A stretch of 63,986 nucleotides of DNA, counting the filler. It is 5 parts of 5 records of this genome, joined end to end, with 100 filler letters (N's around TTAATTAATTAA, not from the genome) between each part and the next. Parts side by side here need not be neighbours in the genome. Positions count along the whole stretch, not along the records: positions 1 to 12,075 come from SRR2962707_5143; 4 more parts are not named here. One strand, given 5' to 3'. Below are positions 1 to 10,180 of the stretch, piece after piece (the first letter of the stretch is position 1; the number at the start of each line of letters is the position of its first letter). The translations under genes and the position numbers were made by a program. The notes below the pieces were generated by a model. It had not been told where the DNA came from, ran no database searches, and saw only the letters and a program-made list of their open reading frames with translations.

Positions 1-26
1 CGCCCGGACAAAGCTCCCACAGCGGC
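1..26 (-). repeat. GTGG-type REP-like palindromic element, truncated at contig start
   Basis: Minus strand reads GCCGCTGTGGGAGCTTTGTCCGGGCG. Bases 11-26 are the exact reverse complement of 12046-12061. Confidence 0.6.
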
Positions 27-48
27 TTCGTGGCCCAGTGTTAGCGAA

Positions 49-483
49 TTATACCTCGGTGACTTTGAACACCAACGACGCCGAGTTGAGACAGTGCCGC
101 TCGCCGGTGGGCGGCGGACCGTCCGGGAACACATGTCCCAGATGACCATCGCAGCGGGCGCAGCGGATCTCGGTGCGGATCATGCCGTGACTGTGGTCGT
201 CCAGGCGGCGGATATGGGTGTCGTCCACCGGTTGATAAAAGCTTGGCCAGCCGGTGCCGGATTCGAATTTGGTGGCGGAGTGGAACAGCGGCAGGTCACA
301 CAGCTTGCAGTGGTAGACGCCATCTTCCTTATTGTCCAGCAGCCCGCCGCAGAACGGCGGTTCGGTGCCCTGATTGAGCAGGATGCGCTGTTCTTCCGGG
401 GTGAGGGCGGCGGCTCGTTGCTGTTTTTCCTGGTCGGTCAGCGGTGTCAGGTCGTGGCCGCTCGGGGATAAACGCTCACTCAT
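49..483 (-). CDS. msrB: Peptide-methionine (R)-S-oxide reductase MsrB
   Basis: GTEPPF, CKLC and CARC zinc motifs, [30 protein letters not shown]. Confidence 0.97.
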   Translation of the reverse strand: MSERLSPSGHDLTPLTDQEKQQRAAALTPEEQRILLNQGTEPPFCGGLLDNKEDGVYHCKLCDLPLFHSATKFESGTGWPSFYQPVDDTHIRRLDDHSHGMIRTEIRCARCDGHLGHVFPDGPPPTGERHCLNSASLVFKVTEV

Positions 484-488
484 GATGT

Positions 489-1121
489 TCAGTCAGCCTC
501 CGGGGTTTTGAGGGTGTCGGGAAAGGCCGTTCGCAGTTTTTCCACTTTCGGATGCGCCACGTGGGTGATGTACGGCTGGGTGGGGTGACGCCGTGCAAAA
601 TCCTGGTGGTAATCCTCCGCCGGATAGAAAGTGTCCAGCGGCTCCAGGGTGGTGACGATAGGCGCGATGAAGGCGCCGGCCTGATTGAGTTGGTGAATGT
701 AAGCGGCGGCGGCCTGCCGTTCCGGCTCGCTTTGATAGAAGATCGCGGAGCGGTATTGCGGGCCGCGGTCGTTGCCCTGCCGGTCCTTTTGCGTGGGGTC
801 GTGGGCCACGGCGAAGAACAGTTTGAGCAATTCGCCGTAGCGGATCACGGCCGGATCGTAGCGGATCTCGATGGCTTCGGCGTGGCCGGTGCGGCCGGTG
901 CAAACCGCTTCGTAGTTGGCGTGTTCGGCGTCGCCGCCGGCGTAGCCGGAGGTGACCGAATGGACTCCCTCCAATTGCAAAAACACCGCCTCCGTACACC
1001 AGAAACAGCCGCCAGCGAGGATCGCGCGACCCGGGTCCTGATCCCGTGGCAGGTCCTCGGCGGGGTCGGGGAAGCGTTCCGGGTGCAGGGCCAGACTGGT
1101 TCCGGGAATGACTACGCTCAT
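489..1121 (-). CDS. msrA: Peptide-methionine (S)-S-oxide reductase MsrA
   Basis: [46 protein letters not shown]. Start placed at ATG 1121, behind a GAGGAG RBS (ORF track starts at 1142). Confidence 0.96.
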   Translation of the reverse strand: MSVVIPGTSLALHPERFPDPAEDLPRDQDPGRAILAGGCFWCTEAVFLQLEGVHSVTSGYAGGDAEHANYEAVCTGRTGHAEAIEIRYDPAVIRYGELLKLFFAVAHDPTQKDRQGNDRGPQYRSAIFYQSEPERQAAAAYIHQLNQAGAFIAPIVTTLEPLDTFYPAEDYHQDFARRHPTQPYITHVAHPKVEKLRTAFPDTLKTPEAD

Positions 1122-1167
1122 TGCGGGACTCCTCGTTCGCATCCTCGTGATGGATCGACTCCAACAC

Positions 1168-1818
1168 TTATTTGGGGATCAGGCCACGCTCCGTCAATAC
1201 CTGATGCAGAGCGCGGCACTGACTGCGCGCGATGGCCTTGCGGTTATTGGCTTCATGGGTCCGTGCCACGCCGGTCCACAGCGGGCGGCCGCTTTTGTCG
1301 AAAAACTCCGCTTCATAACTCTGCTGCGCGTCCGGCTCCTTGGGCTTTTCCAGTTTGCCGCCGATACCAATCCGCCAGGTCGGTTCCTGTCGCATATCGC
1401 TGTTCATCGGATTGAGGTCCCGGGACTCGGTCATGCGAGGCGGCGACAGCAGCAGGGCGGTCAGGTCGACGATCAGGGCACGATCGTAGGGCTGATCGCG
1501 CAGCCAGCGCAGCAAAGCCTGTTTGCCGCCATCTTCATACCACACTGGCCGTACCTGATGGGCCAGATGCACGGACAGCGCATTGCTTTGGAAAATGGGC
1601 TGGCACACTTCTTCCCAGACGCGGCGGGTGGCCGGCTCCGGGCTTTGTGCCACCAGCAGCAGGGAACGCGCCGGCGCGGTGCCTTCGTCATTGCTGTGGC
1701 GGGTGGTGATTTCAGTGGTGCTGGCGCAACCGGCCAGCATCAGCGCGGCGGTGGGCGCGGCGATCCAGCGCCGGGCCTGGAAGAGAAAACGTGACAATCG
1801 GGACCGAGGGAAACTCAC
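1168..1818 (-). CDS. Hypothetical lipoprotein
   Basis: 216-aa ORF with a basic N-terminus, a hydrophobic stretch and an LAGC lipobox; co-oriented with neighbours. Confidence 0.75.
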   Translation of the reverse strand: MSFPRSRLSRFLFQARRWIAAPTAALMLAGCASTTEITTRHSNDEGTAPARSLLLVAQSPEPATRRVWEEVCQPIFQSNALSVHLAHQVRPVWYEDGGKQALLRWLRDQPYDRALIVDLTALLLSPPRMTESRDLNPMNSDMRQEPTWRIGIGGKLEKPKEPDAQQSYEAEFFDKSGRPLWTGVARTHEANNRKAIARSQCRALHQVLTERGLIPK

Positions 1819-1867
1819 CGAACACTCTCCTATGGGCGCCTACTAAGATAACGTCAGTGTAGCCGCT

Positions 1868-3883
1868 TCAGAAGATCGGGGACACCAAACGTGGCGCCGC
1901 ACCGGCGAGAATGTGAAGGGCTCTGTCCCCGGGATGACCGGGTTTTGACGGTGTGTGCCAGCGCACTTCATAGAGCGCGCCGTCCACACCCTGATCTTCC
2001 ACCAGCAACAGCTGCAGGTCGCCGCTGTCATCGTCCACCAACACCTTGCCGCTGGCTTCGTCCACCACCGCCATCAGTGGCAGGTGCAGTGGTAGCGCCG
2101 CCGCCGGCTCACCGCGAAAACGCCAGCGCCAGTAAGGCTCGTGGGTGGCGTCGCCCGTCATATAACGGGCCTCGCCCTGCCATTGCCGGGACCAGGTGCG
2201 CTCAGGCGGTGGCTCGGGCCAGTAGCGGTGACTGCGCAGTACGAATGTAGCCTGGCCCGGATGCTGGTTTTGATTGCCTTGCTGGAACAGGTCGTTGCTG
2301 AGACGGGCGCTTTGGGCACTGAGAAAATCCACGGTGTGGGGGCCGTAGAGGGTGTGTCCGCCCTCGTAATATTGAGCACCGTACTCCGCTTCGGTGGTGG
2401 CGTAGCCAAAATAGCCATTAGCCAGGCTGCTGATCGCCACGGTCCAGCCCGGATCCGGAAGGGTCGCGCTGACCGCGGCACGGATCCGATTGCCGCTTTC
2501 CAGTGTGATTTCCCAGGGCAGGGCCACCAGCACCAAATCGTTGACTCGCAGCACCTGGAACAGGGCCCGGTGAGGGTAGCGGGCCGGCGCCAGAGCCAGT
2601 TGCAGCTTGGACAGCATCCATTGCTTCACGCCCTGGCAGCCATTGGTGAATACGGTGCGCGGCCACCCTTCCTTCAGGTAGGGCAAATAGGAAATCGGAA
2701 ACACTTCATCGCCGTTGGCGGCCCCGGCCACGGCGGCGCCGATGATAGGGCGCTGACACAGGCCGTGGCGCTGTTCCTCGTCGAGCTTGAGCAGGTCCAG
2801 TTCCCGGCTGGCCACCGCGGTATGCAGGTCGTCCCGCAGCTCATGTCCGAGCTGATGGAACAGGGTGTTGGCCTGTTCCCCCAAGGCGGTGCCGATTCGG
2901 CGGGCCTCGCGGTCACCGCGCAACCCCGCCGTCCAGGCCGGATTGTTATCACCGTGGGTGGCCTGGACGGTGCCGTGCACGAAGCGCCAGGGCAACGGCT
3001 TCCCGGCGGGCTCGATGCCTTGCGCCAGCCAGTGCCAGACGTCGGCATGGTAGGGGCGGGTAAAGGCGGGGATGGCGGTGCCGTGGATGGAAAACAGAGT
3101 CAGGGCGCCAGCCGGATAATAGCGGCCATCATCGGCCATCAGGTCGATACGCAGCTGGCTCATGCGCGGGTTTACCGCCTCCAGTGCCTGTTCCTCGGTC
3201 CATTGTTGTTTCGGGATCCGGTGATTGCGGGCCCAAGCTCCCAGGGAGCGGTTGCGGGTCAGTCCCCACACCTCGCGTTGCCCGCTGGCGAAACGGGCCG
3301 GCCGGCGCGCGCGATAGGCTTCGATCACCGCCTGGCTGATGCGCTCGGCAAGAAAGTCGAACAGCACCGGGTCAAAACCGGGGCTTTGACTACCAAACAC
3401 ATTGTAGAAGTCGCTGCCCAGGTATTGGCCGGGGCCGGAATGGGTATGAGTGACCAGCAGGCTGAGGGCGTGGGCGGGAATGTCGGTGGCGGCGGCGATA
3501 CGTTCCGCCACCGCGTACTGGAGCGGCAGTGATCCGGCCCCCAAATCCAATTGCACCAGAGCCATCGGGGTCTGACCGGCGCCATGCAGATAAAAGGCCC
3601 GTGCTTTCAGGCGGGTGCGGAAGCCGTCGGCGCTACGGGCCCAGGCGGAGTAGCCGAACTTGGGCAGGCCGATGGCGGGGGTAATGTCCACTTCCGCCAC
3701 GCCGGCCAGATTGCCGTCCTGGACGGTGGAGGGCCGCGGTGCCGGGATATCAAAGCTCAGGGTGGTGGCGGGGTAGAACAAAAAGGGCCAGGCGGTGTGA
3801 ATCAGGATGCCAATGGCGATCAGCAGCACCAGCAGCACCAGCCGGGGCAAGGTCAGCAAGCGGCGTGACGGACGAAAGATCAT
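1868..3883 (-). CDS. Neutral/alkaline non-lysosomal ceramidase family protein
   Basis: AGVAEVDITP, RLKARAF, THTHSGPG metal motif, NRS, SIHGT, GDNNP, ANGYFGY, YEGGHTLYGP; N-terminal membrane anchor. Confidence 0.88.
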   Translation of the reverse strand: MIFRPSRRLLTLPRLVLLVLLIAIGILIHTAWPFLFYPATTLSFDIPAPRPSTVQDGNLAGVAEVDITPAIGLPKFGYSAWARSADGFRTRLKARAFYLHGAGQTPMALVQLDLGAGSLPLQYAVAERIAAATDIPAHALSLLVTHTHSGPGQYLGSDFYNVFGSQSPGFDPVLFDFLAERISQAVIEAYRARRPARFASGQREVWGLTRNRSLGAWARNHRIPKQQWTEEQALEAVNPRMSQLRIDLMADDGRYYPAGALTLFSIHGTAIPAFTRPYHADVWHWLAQGIEPAGKPLPWRFVHGTVQATHGDNNPAWTAGLRGDREARRIGTALGEQANTLFHQLGHELRDDLHTAVASRELDLLKLDEEQRHGLCQRPIIGAAVAGAANGDEVFPISYLPYLKEGWPRTVFTNGCQGVKQWMLSKLQLALAPARYPHRALFQVLRVNDLVLVALPWEITLESGNRIRAAVSATLPDPGWTVAISSLANGYFGYATTEAEYGAQYYEGGHTLYGPHTVDFLSAQSARLSNDLFQQGNQNQHPGQATFVLRSHRYWPEPPPERTWSRQWQGEARYMTGDATHEPYWRWRFRGEPAAALPLHLPLMAVVDEASGKVLVDDDSGDLQLLLVEDQGVDGALYEVRWHTPSKPGHPGDRALHILAGAAPRLVSPIF

Positions 3884-4157
3884 GGCGTGGGGGAGCGGGG
3901 AAACCGCCTCGGCGTAATTATCATTTTTCTTGGCACGAAAGTCCCAAAGATACCTGCGACTTACTCCTAAAGCAACACCTCAGCCAGGTAGCGTACATAA
4001 CGACACAAACCGATACGACTTTGTGATGTTGTGAAATGGGGCAGAGAAATTCTCAACACTATTCCAACCGGTTTTCACCGGATCTCTGTTTTTTTTAAAG
4101 CCCACAGTTATTCCAATGATTGCACTGTAACCCGTTGACACCCGAGGGGGAAAGACG

Positions 4158-5243
4158 ATGAAAGCAATCTGGAAGCTGTCCACGCTGGGCATGGCCGTGG
4201 CTTTGGCCAGCCATGCCGCCGTGGCTCAGGAACGTGAATACGTAGAACAGGCAAAACCCAACCAGTACATCGGTGGCATGGCGCATTACATCGATGTGGA
4301 TGAGGATTGGCAGGCCGGTGACCGCGGGGCGGGCGGCACCATCTTCTACGGTCGCAAGCTTACTGATCATATCTGGTGGGAGTCCGAAGCCGGGGCCTAC
4401 GGTCTCGAGTCCGATATCGACAACGGCCAGGACTTCTATCAATACCCGGTGACCACCGGTCTGGCCTTCACCCTGGGTGACCGCACCGGTTTTACCCCTT
4501 ACTTGGTCATGGCCGTTGGTGGTATCTATAACGACGTCTACATCGACGACGATGATGGCTGGGACTTCCACGCCAACGCCGGTCTGGGCGCGGTGACCGG
4601 GCCGCTGTTCAACAACGGCCTGAAGGTCCGTGCCGAAGCCCGTTACCTGTATAACGATTTCGACGGTACCGGTGATTCCGCCGGCGACGGTGGTTTTGGT
4701 GATTACCGCTATTCCCTGGGTCTGGAAGTACCCATGGGTTACACCAAAGTGGTGGAAAAAACCCGGGTGGAAACCAAGCAGGTGGCGGTACAGCAGCCGG
4801 TGATCGATTCCGATGGCGACGGCGTGCCGGATAACCTGGATCAGTGTCCGGATACCATGCCGGGTGCCAAGGTGGATGGCAAAGGCTGTCTGCTGGTGAA
4901 CCAGACCGTTACCTTCAACAACATCAACTTCGAGTTCGATTCCGCTGAACTCACCGCTTCCTCCCGTCCGCTGGTGTCACGCATTGCCCGCTCGCTGACC
5001 GCGGAAAACAACAATATCCGCGTGGAAGTGGCCGGCCATACCGACAGCGTTGGTTCCGCCCAGTACAACGAAGGCCTGTCCCAGCGCCGTGCCGATTCGG
5101 TACGCAACTATCTGGTTCGCGAAGGCGTGGATAGCAGCCGTGTCACGGCCCGCGGTTACGGCGAAAGCCAGCCCATTGCTGATAACGACTCCGCGTCCGG
5201 TCGCGCTATGAACCGCCGCGTTGAATTCCATGTGACTGAGTAG
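4158..5243 (+). CDS. OmpA/OprF-family outer membrane protein (beta-barrel, TSP3-like linker, OmpA C-terminal domain)
   Basis: Signal peptide, aromatic beta-strands, [17 protein letters not shown] linker, [20 protein letters not shown] and NRRVEF peptidoglycan-binding motifs. Confidence 0.93.
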   Translation: MKAIWKLSTLGMAVALASHAAVAQEREYVEQAKPNQYIGGMAHYIDVDEDWQAGDRGAGGTIFYGRKLTDHIWWESEAGAYGLESDIDNGQDFYQYPVTTGLAFTLGDRTGFTPYLVMAVGGIYNDVYIDDDDGWDFHANAGLGAVTGPLFNNGLKVRAEARYLYNDFDGTGDSAGDGGFGDYRYSLGLEVPMGYTKVVEKTRVETKQVAVQQPVIDSDGDGVPDNLDQCPDTMPGAKVDGKGCLLVNQTVTFNNINFEFDSAELTASSRPLVSRIARSLTAENNNIRVEVAGHTDSVGSAQYNEGLSQRRADSVRNYLVREGVDSSRVTARGYGESQPIADNDSASGRAMNRRVEFHVTE

Positions 5244-5262
5244 TAAGAGGAGGGATCTCGAG

Positions 5263-6675
5263 ATGTCACGTTTAAAAACGATCAGCCTGCTGCTGCTGGT
5301 GGCCGTGCTCGGCCTCGGCGGCCTGTACGGCTGTAAAGCCAGTGGTGGTAGCAGTGGCGGTGGAGGTGACCCCACCCCCAACGTCCAGGACGACGATAAT
5401 GACGGTATCCCCAATAATGAGGATAACTGTCCGCAAATGCCCAACAATGATCAGCGTGATGAGGACGGCGATGGCATCGGTGACGTCTGTGATGACGATA
5501 TCGATGGTGACGAAGTGGACAACGATGACGACAACTGTCCATGGGTGCCGAACGAAGATCAGTTGGATTCCGACGATGACGGTATCGGTGACGCGTGCGA
5601 TGCCAACAACGATGACGACGGTGACGGCTTCGACGACGGCGAGGATAACTGCCCGAATACGCCCAACCCGACCCAGTCGGACATCGATAACGATGGTATC
5701 GGCGACGCCTGTGATGACGACATCGACGGTGACGGCATCCCCAATGGGGAGGACAACTGCCCCTACGTGGCCAACCACGATCAGCTGGACACCGATGGTG
5801 ACGGCGTAGGCGATGCCTGCACCGGTGACAAGGACGGTGACGATGTGCCCGACGAGCAGGACAACTGCCCGATCGTGCCCAACACCGACCAGGCGGATCT
5901 TGACCAGGACGGTATCGGCGATGTCTGTGATGACGACCGCGACGGTGACGGCGTGGAAAACGGTCATGACGACTGCCCGGATGTAGCCGGCCCCGCCAGC
6001 AATAACGGCTGCCCGGTGGACGACCCCACCGACACTGATGATGACGGCGTTCCCGATGATGAGGATAACTGCCCGAACACGCCCAACGCGGATCAAGCCG
6101 ACAGCGACGGTGATGGTATCGGTGATGTGTGTGACGACGGTGGCTTCACCTGTAACGATATCAGTAACTATCAGCCGCTGCTGGCCAGCGACGGGTTCCT
6201 GGCGGACGGTTCCGCCGTGGGCATTTGCATCAGCTGCGGTATCTCTGACGCGGGCAATATGATCGATGGTCAGGACAACTCCTTCGCCACTTTGAATGTG
6301 ACGGCGGCTTTGATTTACGGTGGTGCTGATGCATTGGTTTACGATGGTCCGGTCATCTCCGGGGTCAACCGTGCCGGCTTCGTGGTTTCCAAACCTAACT
6401 CACCGCTGCTTAACCTGAGTCTGTTGGGTAACTTCGTCACCTTGACGTTCTTCAATAACGATACGGAAGTGGCGGAAACCACCGCGGGTGGCGGTCTGCT
6501 GGGTCTGGAACTGTTGGGCTTTGGTACCGGTGACGGCAGCCAGCGCTTCCTGTCCACCCAACTGGACCCGTCGCTGGAGTTCAACCGGGTTCGACTGCGC
6601 TATGCGGGTTTGCTCAATGTGAATGACTCCCTGAGGATTCACCGTGTTTGCGCCGGTACTGATCCGGCTCTCTGA
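5263..6675 (+). CDS. Thrombospondin type-3 repeat (Ca-binding) lipoprotein
   Basis: LYGC lipobox and G/S linker, then seven D-[N/D]-C-P repeat units interspersed with DxDxDGxGDxC motifs, then a ~175-aa non-repeat C-terminal domain. Confidence 0.9.
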   Translation: MSRLKTISLLLLVAVLGLGGLYGCKASGGSSGGGGDPTPNVQDDDNDGIPNNEDNCPQMPNNDQRDEDGDGIGDVCDDDIDGDEVDNDDDNCPWVPNEDQLDSDDDGIGDACDANNDDDGDGFDDGEDNCPNTPNPTQSDIDNDGIGDACDDDIDGDGIPNGEDNCPYVANHDQLDTDGDGVGDACTGDKDGDDVPDEQDNCPIVPNTDQADLDQDGIGDVCDDDRDGDGVENGHDDCPDVAGPASNNGCPVDDPTDTDDDGVPDDEDNCPNTPNADQADSDGDGIGDVCDDGGFTCNDISNYQPLLASDGFLADGSAVGICISCGISDAGNMIDGQDNSFATLNVTAALIYGGADALVYDGPVISGVNRAGFVVSKPNSPLLNLSLLGNFVTLTFFNNDTEVAETTAGGGLLGLELLGFGTGDGSQRFLSTQLDPSLEFNRVRLRYAGLLNVNDSLRIHRVCAGTDPAL

Positions 6676-6706
6676 TCCATAACTTTCTCCTTTCAGGCGA
6701 ACTGAT

Positions 6707-6732
6707 GGGGCGCGAAAGCGCCCCTTTTTTTT
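6707..6732 (+). terminator. Rho-independent terminator
   Basis: GGGGCGC-GAAA-GCGCCCC followed by T8, downstream of the ompA-TSP3 pair. Confidence 0.9.
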
Positions 6733-6889
6733 GCCGTTCCTGGCTGGCGTCCGCCTTTCCGAAAAAAGACGTAAAATGCCAACTTGTTTCCGGACCACGG
6801 TGTGATCCGGATCCTGGTATCGGCGATACTTGCTCACTTAACAATGACGTGATGTTTCCGGGTGACGGTAACGGTGGTGGGAGAGCGGG

Positions 6890-8959
6890 ATGCACCGAGC
6901 AGGGCGCGTATGGTTCTGTCTATGGCTTTGTTTGCTGGGGCTCGCGGCGTGTTCTGATTCCACCGATGGTCCCTTTCGTAATTACACCGAAACCGGTGAT
7001 CTGGCGGATATTCGCGAGCACGGCGTATTGCGGCTGTTGGCACCACGCTTCGATGCCGAGGAGGAATTCGTCTGGGAGGGCGTGCCCACCAGCGAATTCC
7101 GTCGTGAAGCGGAAGCCCTGGCCGAATCATTGGGATTGCAGCCACGCTGGGTGTACGCGGATGATTTCGCCGAATTGTCGGTGATGCTCAATGCCGGCCA
7201 GGCGGACCTTATCGTTACCCATTACAGCCGTACCGACCGGCGTCGCGAGCGGCTGTCGTTCTGCACGCCGCTGGCCGTGGTGCGGGAAATACTGGTACTG
7301 CCGACGGATCGGGTGGGCATGACACTAGCGGATTTGGGGCCGCTCACCATCGCCGCGCCGCGTGGCACCGCCTACCTGGAAACCGCCCGGAATCTCGCTC
7401 GCCGCCATGACAATGTTGAAGTGGACCGGGTCAGCGGAGAGTTGTCAGAGGACGAGCTGCTGCGCGGCATAATGCACGGTCAGTATGACGCGGTGATCAT
7501 GGATGAGCCGTTATTCAAGGCCTTGTCCATTGATTATCCGGAGCTGCGCGCCGGCCCGGTGGTGCAGCCACGGCGGGCGATTGCCTGGGCGGTCCGCAAA
7601 AGCAGCCCGGACCTGCGTGAAGCGGTGAACCGTTACATCGTCGCGCATCGTATCAAGGCGTCACAACAGGACCATGAGAGCCGTGACTGGCCCGCCATCC
7701 TCAATAGCGGCGTGCTGCGGGTGATCACCTCTAACAACCCGGCCAGCTACTTCATGTGGCGGGGCGAACTGATGGGATTCGACTACGATCTGATCCGCGA
7801 CTTCGCCCAGCGTTATGACCTGCGCCTGAGCATGATCGTGCGTGACAGCCCGGCACGGATGCTGGCGGCTCTGGAAAACGGGGAGGGGGATGTGATCGCC
7901 GCGTCCATGAGTGTGACGCCGGCGCGGCGCGGAAAGGGATGGCATTACTCCGAGCCTTATCTGGAGGTGCGGGAGCAAATCGTCGGGCCGGCCTCGGCGT
8001 CGCCCTTCGAGGATCTGTCGGAGCTTGCCGGGCGAAAGGTGACAGTGGCGGCCGGAAGCGCCTTCGTGGAAACGCTGCGCGCGTTACAGAACGACGGCAT
8101 CGGCGTGGAAATCGAGGTGCGCCAGAACGTATCCAGCGAAATCTTAATGGACCGGGTGGCCAAAGGGGAGCTGGATCTGACCATGGCCGACAGTCACCTG
8201 GTGGCGATGGAACAGGGTTACCGGGATGACCTGAAAGTGCTGTGGACCCTGCGACAACCCCGGCAGATCGCCTGGGGGGTGCGGGAGAATCAGCCGCAAC
8301 TGCGCCATCAACTGAATGACTACATTAAACGGGTGCGCGACGGGCAGTTGTATCGTGCCACTTTTGATCGCTATTTCCTGGCTGAGCCCGCACGCGCTTC
8401 CCACTCCGCGGAAAGGGTGGAGCCGGGCAAGCCGATCTCGCCCTACGATGACCTGGTGCGCGAGCATGCGCTCAAGCACGGTTTCGACTGGCTGATGATC
8501 ACCGCCCAGATGTATCAGGAAAGCCATTTTGATCCGCTAACGCGGTCGTTTTCCGGCGCCGAAGGGCTGATGCAGGTGATGCCGCTGACCGCCCGCCAAC
8601 TGGGCTACCAGAACCTGACCGACCCGGCCGAGGGCATTGGCGCTGGCGTCGCTTACCTGGACTGGCTGGAGGGCCGTTTCCCGGCTCGTCTGGATCTGGC
8701 GGAAAAAACCTACTTCGGACTGGCCGCCTACAACGCCGGGTTCGGCCATGTGGAAGACGCGCGCCGTTTGGCCCAGCGGCTTGGCAAGGATCCCGATCGC
8801 TGGTTTGGCAATGTGGAGGAGGCCATGGCGCTGCTGTCCCACCCTCGCTACGCCCGTCAGGCCCGCTACGGCTATGTGCGGGGCCAGGAAACCGTGCAAT
8901 ACGTGCGCGATATCCGCGCCCGCTACCTGGGGTATTTGAGTGCAACAGAAAAGCAGTGA
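6890..8959 (+). CDS. mltF: Membrane-bound lytic murein transglycosylase F-like protein (two SBP family-3 domains plus SLT domain)
   Basis: LAAC lipobox; two 'I...GVLR' SBP repeats; SLT motifs YQESHF, GLMQVM, AAYNAGFGHV, YGYVRGQETVQYV. Confidence 0.88.
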   Translation: MHRAGRVWFCLWLCLLGLAACSDSTDGPFRNYTETGDLADIREHGVLRLLAPRFDAEEEFVWEGVPTSEFRREAEALAESLGLQPRWVYADDFAELSVMLNAGQADLIVTHYSRTDRRRERLSFCTPLAVVREILVLPTDRVGMTLADLGPLTIAAPRGTAYLETARNLARRHDNVEVDRVSGELSEDELLRGIMHGQYDAVIMDEPLFKALSIDYPELRAGPVVQPRRAIAWAVRKSSPDLREAVNRYIVAHRIKASQQDHESRDWPAILNSGVLRVITSNNPASYFMWRGELMGFDYDLIRDFAQRYDLRLSMIVRDSPARMLAALENGEGDVIAASMSVTPARRGKGWHYSEPYLEVREQIVGPASASPFEDLSELAGRKVTVAAGSAFVETLRALQNDGIGVEIEVRQNVSSEILMDRVAKGELDLTMADSHLVAMEQGYRDDLKVLWTLRQPRQIAWGVRENQPQLRHQLNDYIKRVRDGQLYRATFDRYFLAEPARASHSAERVEPGKPISPYDDLVREHALKHGFDWLMITAQMYQESHFDPLTRSFSGAEGLMQVMPLTARQLGYQNLTDPAEGIGAGVAYLDWLEGRFPARLDLAEKTYFGLAAYNAGFGHVEDARRLAQRLGKDPDRWFGNVEEAMALLSHPRYARQARYGYVRGQETVQYVRDIRARYLGYLSATEKQ

Positions 8960-9164
8960 ATAGTGAACAGTTAATAGTTAATAGCGAAAAGATAGAAATG
9001 CGTATCCGCAAATATCATTTGCGTACCAGCAATTTTTCATCGCGACCATGGACTTGCTTCTTGAAGAGCAAAGACGCCATTCCCATGGTTTGAACGCGGT
9101 CTCTTTGATTTCAGATCGCATCGGCGTATGCCGCGAGCTATTAACTATTCACTGTTCACTATTA
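8955..9164. repeat. Heptamer-tandem inverted-repeat element, copy A
   Basis: Left arm AGTGAAT AGTGAAC AGTTAAT AGTTAAT AGCGAAA. Bases 8959-8985 match the reverse complement of 9137-9163 at 26/27. Confidence 0.85.
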
Positions 9165-10070
9165 CAGGTTGGCCAGCCACTGCAGCAGCGTCTGCCGCAC
9201 TTCCGGGGCGCAGTAGTCGTTGAGGATTTCGTGGCGGCCGGAAGGGCAGTCGAGCCGTTCCAGGTGCTGGTGGCGGCGTTTCAGGATGTGTTCCAGGCGG
9301 TCCATGCCTTTTCCTTTATTGCTCATCGGGTCCTGACGGCCGCCCAGCAGCAGTATTGGCAGCAGGGAGGGCAGGCGCGCCAGTTGCTCGCCGGACTGGA
9401 TTTGCGCCAGCGCCGAGATCAGCGCCAGCCAGGTGCTGGTGGTGCATTCGAAGCCGCAGGCGGGATCGGCGATGTAGGCGTCCACCTGATCCTGGTCGGT
9501 GCTGAGCCAATCGAACTCGGTACGGGCATCGGCGATGCTGGCGGCCCAGGTCTGGAAGGTCATCTTGTGCACCAGGGGACTGTGGCCACGAGCGCCATGG
9601 CGGCGGCGCTGCCAGCCCATCAATAGCGTCATGGCACGGTAAAACCACGGGGAATGGCTGTCACTGCCGCACAACACCAGGCCGCCCAGTTGCTCCGCGG
9701 CCTGTTCGGCGGCGGCCAGGGCCAGGAATGAGCCCATGCTGTGCCCGCCCAGCACCAGCGGCCCCCGGTCCGGCTTCACGTGTTCCAGCACCTGCAGAAT
9801 ATCACCGATGACCTTGTCCCAACCGTCCTCATCGGCGAAGTGTCCCCGAGGCGCGTTGTCGTCGATGCTGGTGCCGTGACCGCGATGGTCCGGGCAATAC
9901 AGGTTCCAACCGTGTTCACTCAGGGTTTCCCCCAGGGCGCCGTAGCGGCCGCCATGTTCCGCCATGCCGTGCAGCCAGACCAGTGTGCCGGCGGCATCCT
10001 GCGCCGGCCAGTGATGGACCCCGATGACATGATTGTCGATGGCGGTGATGGACAACAGCTGTTTGGACAT
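9162..10070 (-). CDS. Alpha/beta hydrolase (lysophospholipase/monoglyceride lipase type)
   Basis: HGMAEHGGRY, DHRGHG, GHSMGS nucleophile motif, DP, RHEILN. Confidence 0.9.
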   Translation of the reverse strand: MSKQLLSITAIDNHVIGVHHWPAQDAAGTLVWLHGMAEHGGRYGALGETLSEHGWNLYCPDHRGHGTSIDDNAPRGHFADEDGWDKVIGDILQVLEHVKPDRGPLVLGGHSMGSFLALAAAEQAAEQLGGLVLCGSDSHSPWFYRAMTLLMGWQRRRHGARGHSPLVHKMTFQTWAASIADARTEFDWLSTDQDQVDAYIADPACGFECTTSTWLALISALAQIQSGEQLARLPSLLPILLLGGRQDPMSNKGKGMDRLEHILKRRHQHLERLDCPSGRHEILNDYCAPEVRQTLLQWLANL

Positions 10071-10180
10071 GGTGACCCCCTGTAAGTGGCACGAACATGC
10101 GGCATCCCTTTGGTTTCGTCAAGATGGGCCTGTATCATGAGGTTTTCCCGCCGTCCTTGTTTCGCTATTCGGGAGCAACC

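Noticed and set aside
2141-3532. Long antisense ORFs (also 10457-11842, 49688-51076, 51131-52216, 47590-48705)
   Set aside because: Shadow ORFs of real genes in high-GC DNA; no recognisable motifs.
4020-4090. Possible CRP-like site or palindromes upstream of ompA
   Set aside because: Only a TGTGA half-site; the second half does not match.
5390-6140. Periodic nucleotide repeats (gacggtatcggcga.., gataactgccc..) resembling an array
   Set aside because: Degenerate coding repeats of the TSP3 protein; no identical repeat/unique spacer structure and no cas genes, so not CRISPR.
8955-9164. Heptamer element as a mini-CRISPR or IS
   Set aside because: Arms are inverted rather than direct, there is no spacer series and no transposase, and the overlapping 9048-9626 ORF is mostly antisense shadow.
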